Shown piece after piece: positions 63,509 through 64,000 of a DNA stretch of 64,000 nt. Location: contig CAVWAW010000019.1 in assembly GCA_963753035.1 (NCBI GenBank), positions 67,152 through 131,151 on the forward strand, in the 5' to 3' direction. The position numbers were made by a program, and so were the translations under genes. The notes below the pieces were generated by a model, which worked only from the letters and a program-made list of their open reading frames with translations, was not told where the DNA came from and searched no databases. The stretch is from an uncultured Acidobacteriota bacterium (lineage in GTDB: Bacteria > Acidobacteriota > Thermoanaerobaculia > Thermoanaerobaculales > Sulfomarinibacteraceae). Position 1 is the stretch's first letter. Every line of letters begins with the position of its first letter.

Positions 63509-64000
63509 TCCATCGCAGGGTCGAACCGCAAATACGCGAAGTTCGCAAAGCATCGCTGCGTCGCACCATCGCAAAGATCTAACGCAGAGACGCAGAGACG
63601 CAGAGACATCGCACCATCGCAATGGGACACGGATCGACACGGATGTGGCGGATCGGCACGGATCGGGCCCAGTTCCAATCTCGGCTAACTCGGTCTCGGG
63701 GTCGTCAACCGGCCGGACGGTTGCCCTCGTCCAAGGGCCGAGGACCCATGACCCGTGAGATCCGATTTCCAAACGCGGCGCTTGAAAATCGGATCTCACG
63801 GGTCATGGATCGTACCTACGGCACGACCGTCCGGCCTCCAGAGATTGAGGGGGCAGGTCCGACGCTGCCAGAAATCTGTCGCCCCGTCAGAGAATTTGGG
63901 ATGGGTTCAATAGTACTTTTCGCCTACCTCAGCGTCAGCCCTATTCGATCGGGAGTCGAACCCCAGTACAGATAGAGCGCCTTGCCCGAAATCAACTCGG
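63509..64000 (+). repeat. E600 element copy C (same orientation as A; truncated by the window edge)
   Basis: Left arm GGTCGAACCGCAAATACGCGAAG...(CGCAGAGA)x3 follows the pyrD stop. The hairpin at 63747-63807 has a stem of about 26 bp. Flanking blocks are shared with copies A and B. Confidence 0.8.

Noticed and set aside
63940-63975. tRNA-like T-arm on the minus strand (GGGGTTCGACTCCC).
   Set aside because: The T-stem has a mismatch, and no acceptable anticodon or acceptor stems can be drawn. The motif aligns with the conserved E600 block GAG(C/T)(C)GA(A/G)ACCC(C)AGG present in copies A and B. No tRNA, rRNA or tmRNA signatures were seen elsewhere.

Overview
GC-rich chromosomal segment from an unidentified bacterium. 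The envelope looks Gram-negative: an outer-membrane beta-barrel, many lipoproteins and an exosortase-type C-terminal tag. I call about 50 protein genes, mostly housekeeping or envelope functions. They include ECF sigma/NrsF, mutY, fmt, rsmB, meaB, an ABC-F ATPase, topA, valS, ileS, yidD, glpK, rnhA, ppiB, pyrD and dacB, plus c-di-GMP signalling proteins, SDRs and AP-superfamily hydrolases. rpmG (53 aa) falls below the ORF-track cutoff and was found by eye. I recognise no rRNA, tRNA, CRISPR array, transposase, integrase or phage gene. Many long track ORFs are antisense shadows typical of GC-rich DNA. The unusual content is non-coding. Most of the larger intergenic gaps (roughly >150 bp) carry modular, hairpin-rich repeat families, about 4.3 kb by my tally of the coordinates listed here. 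(1) E600 is an ORF-less element of about 600 bp bounded by long inverted arms built from CGCA-containing 7-8 nt words. It has three copies, one arm-only mini derivative and several solo arms. Its two long hairpins have copy-specific stem sequences that stay self-complementary, and it carries a hypervariable internal cassette. (2) S is an element of about 260 bp with four hairpins, in four copies; one copy has an internal deletion and a doubly compensated stem change. (3) The Q module is a short hairpin-containing block found twice. (4) Long imperfect palindromes are made of GTGAGG-type heptamer words. (5) Heptamer (GATGCAG/CATCCAG) and hexamer (GCTGCC) micro-arrays abut start or stop codons. 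E600 and S are my best candidates for an undescribed system, either a structured ncRNA or a non-autonomous mobile element family. Protein-level oddities: a tandem RNase HI whose second domain has lost all catalytic residues; an HDAC-type deacetylase fused to a GNAT-like domain; a DprE2/DprE1-like pair next to PBP4 and GT2 genes; a Cys-less PTPS/QueD-like gene translationally coupled to a TIGR03960/03936-type radical SAM fusion; a sulfatase-like protein without its nucleophile; and an apparent +1 frameshift at the 3' end of a secreted S1 protease. All family assignments rest on motif recognition by eye. No database search was run.
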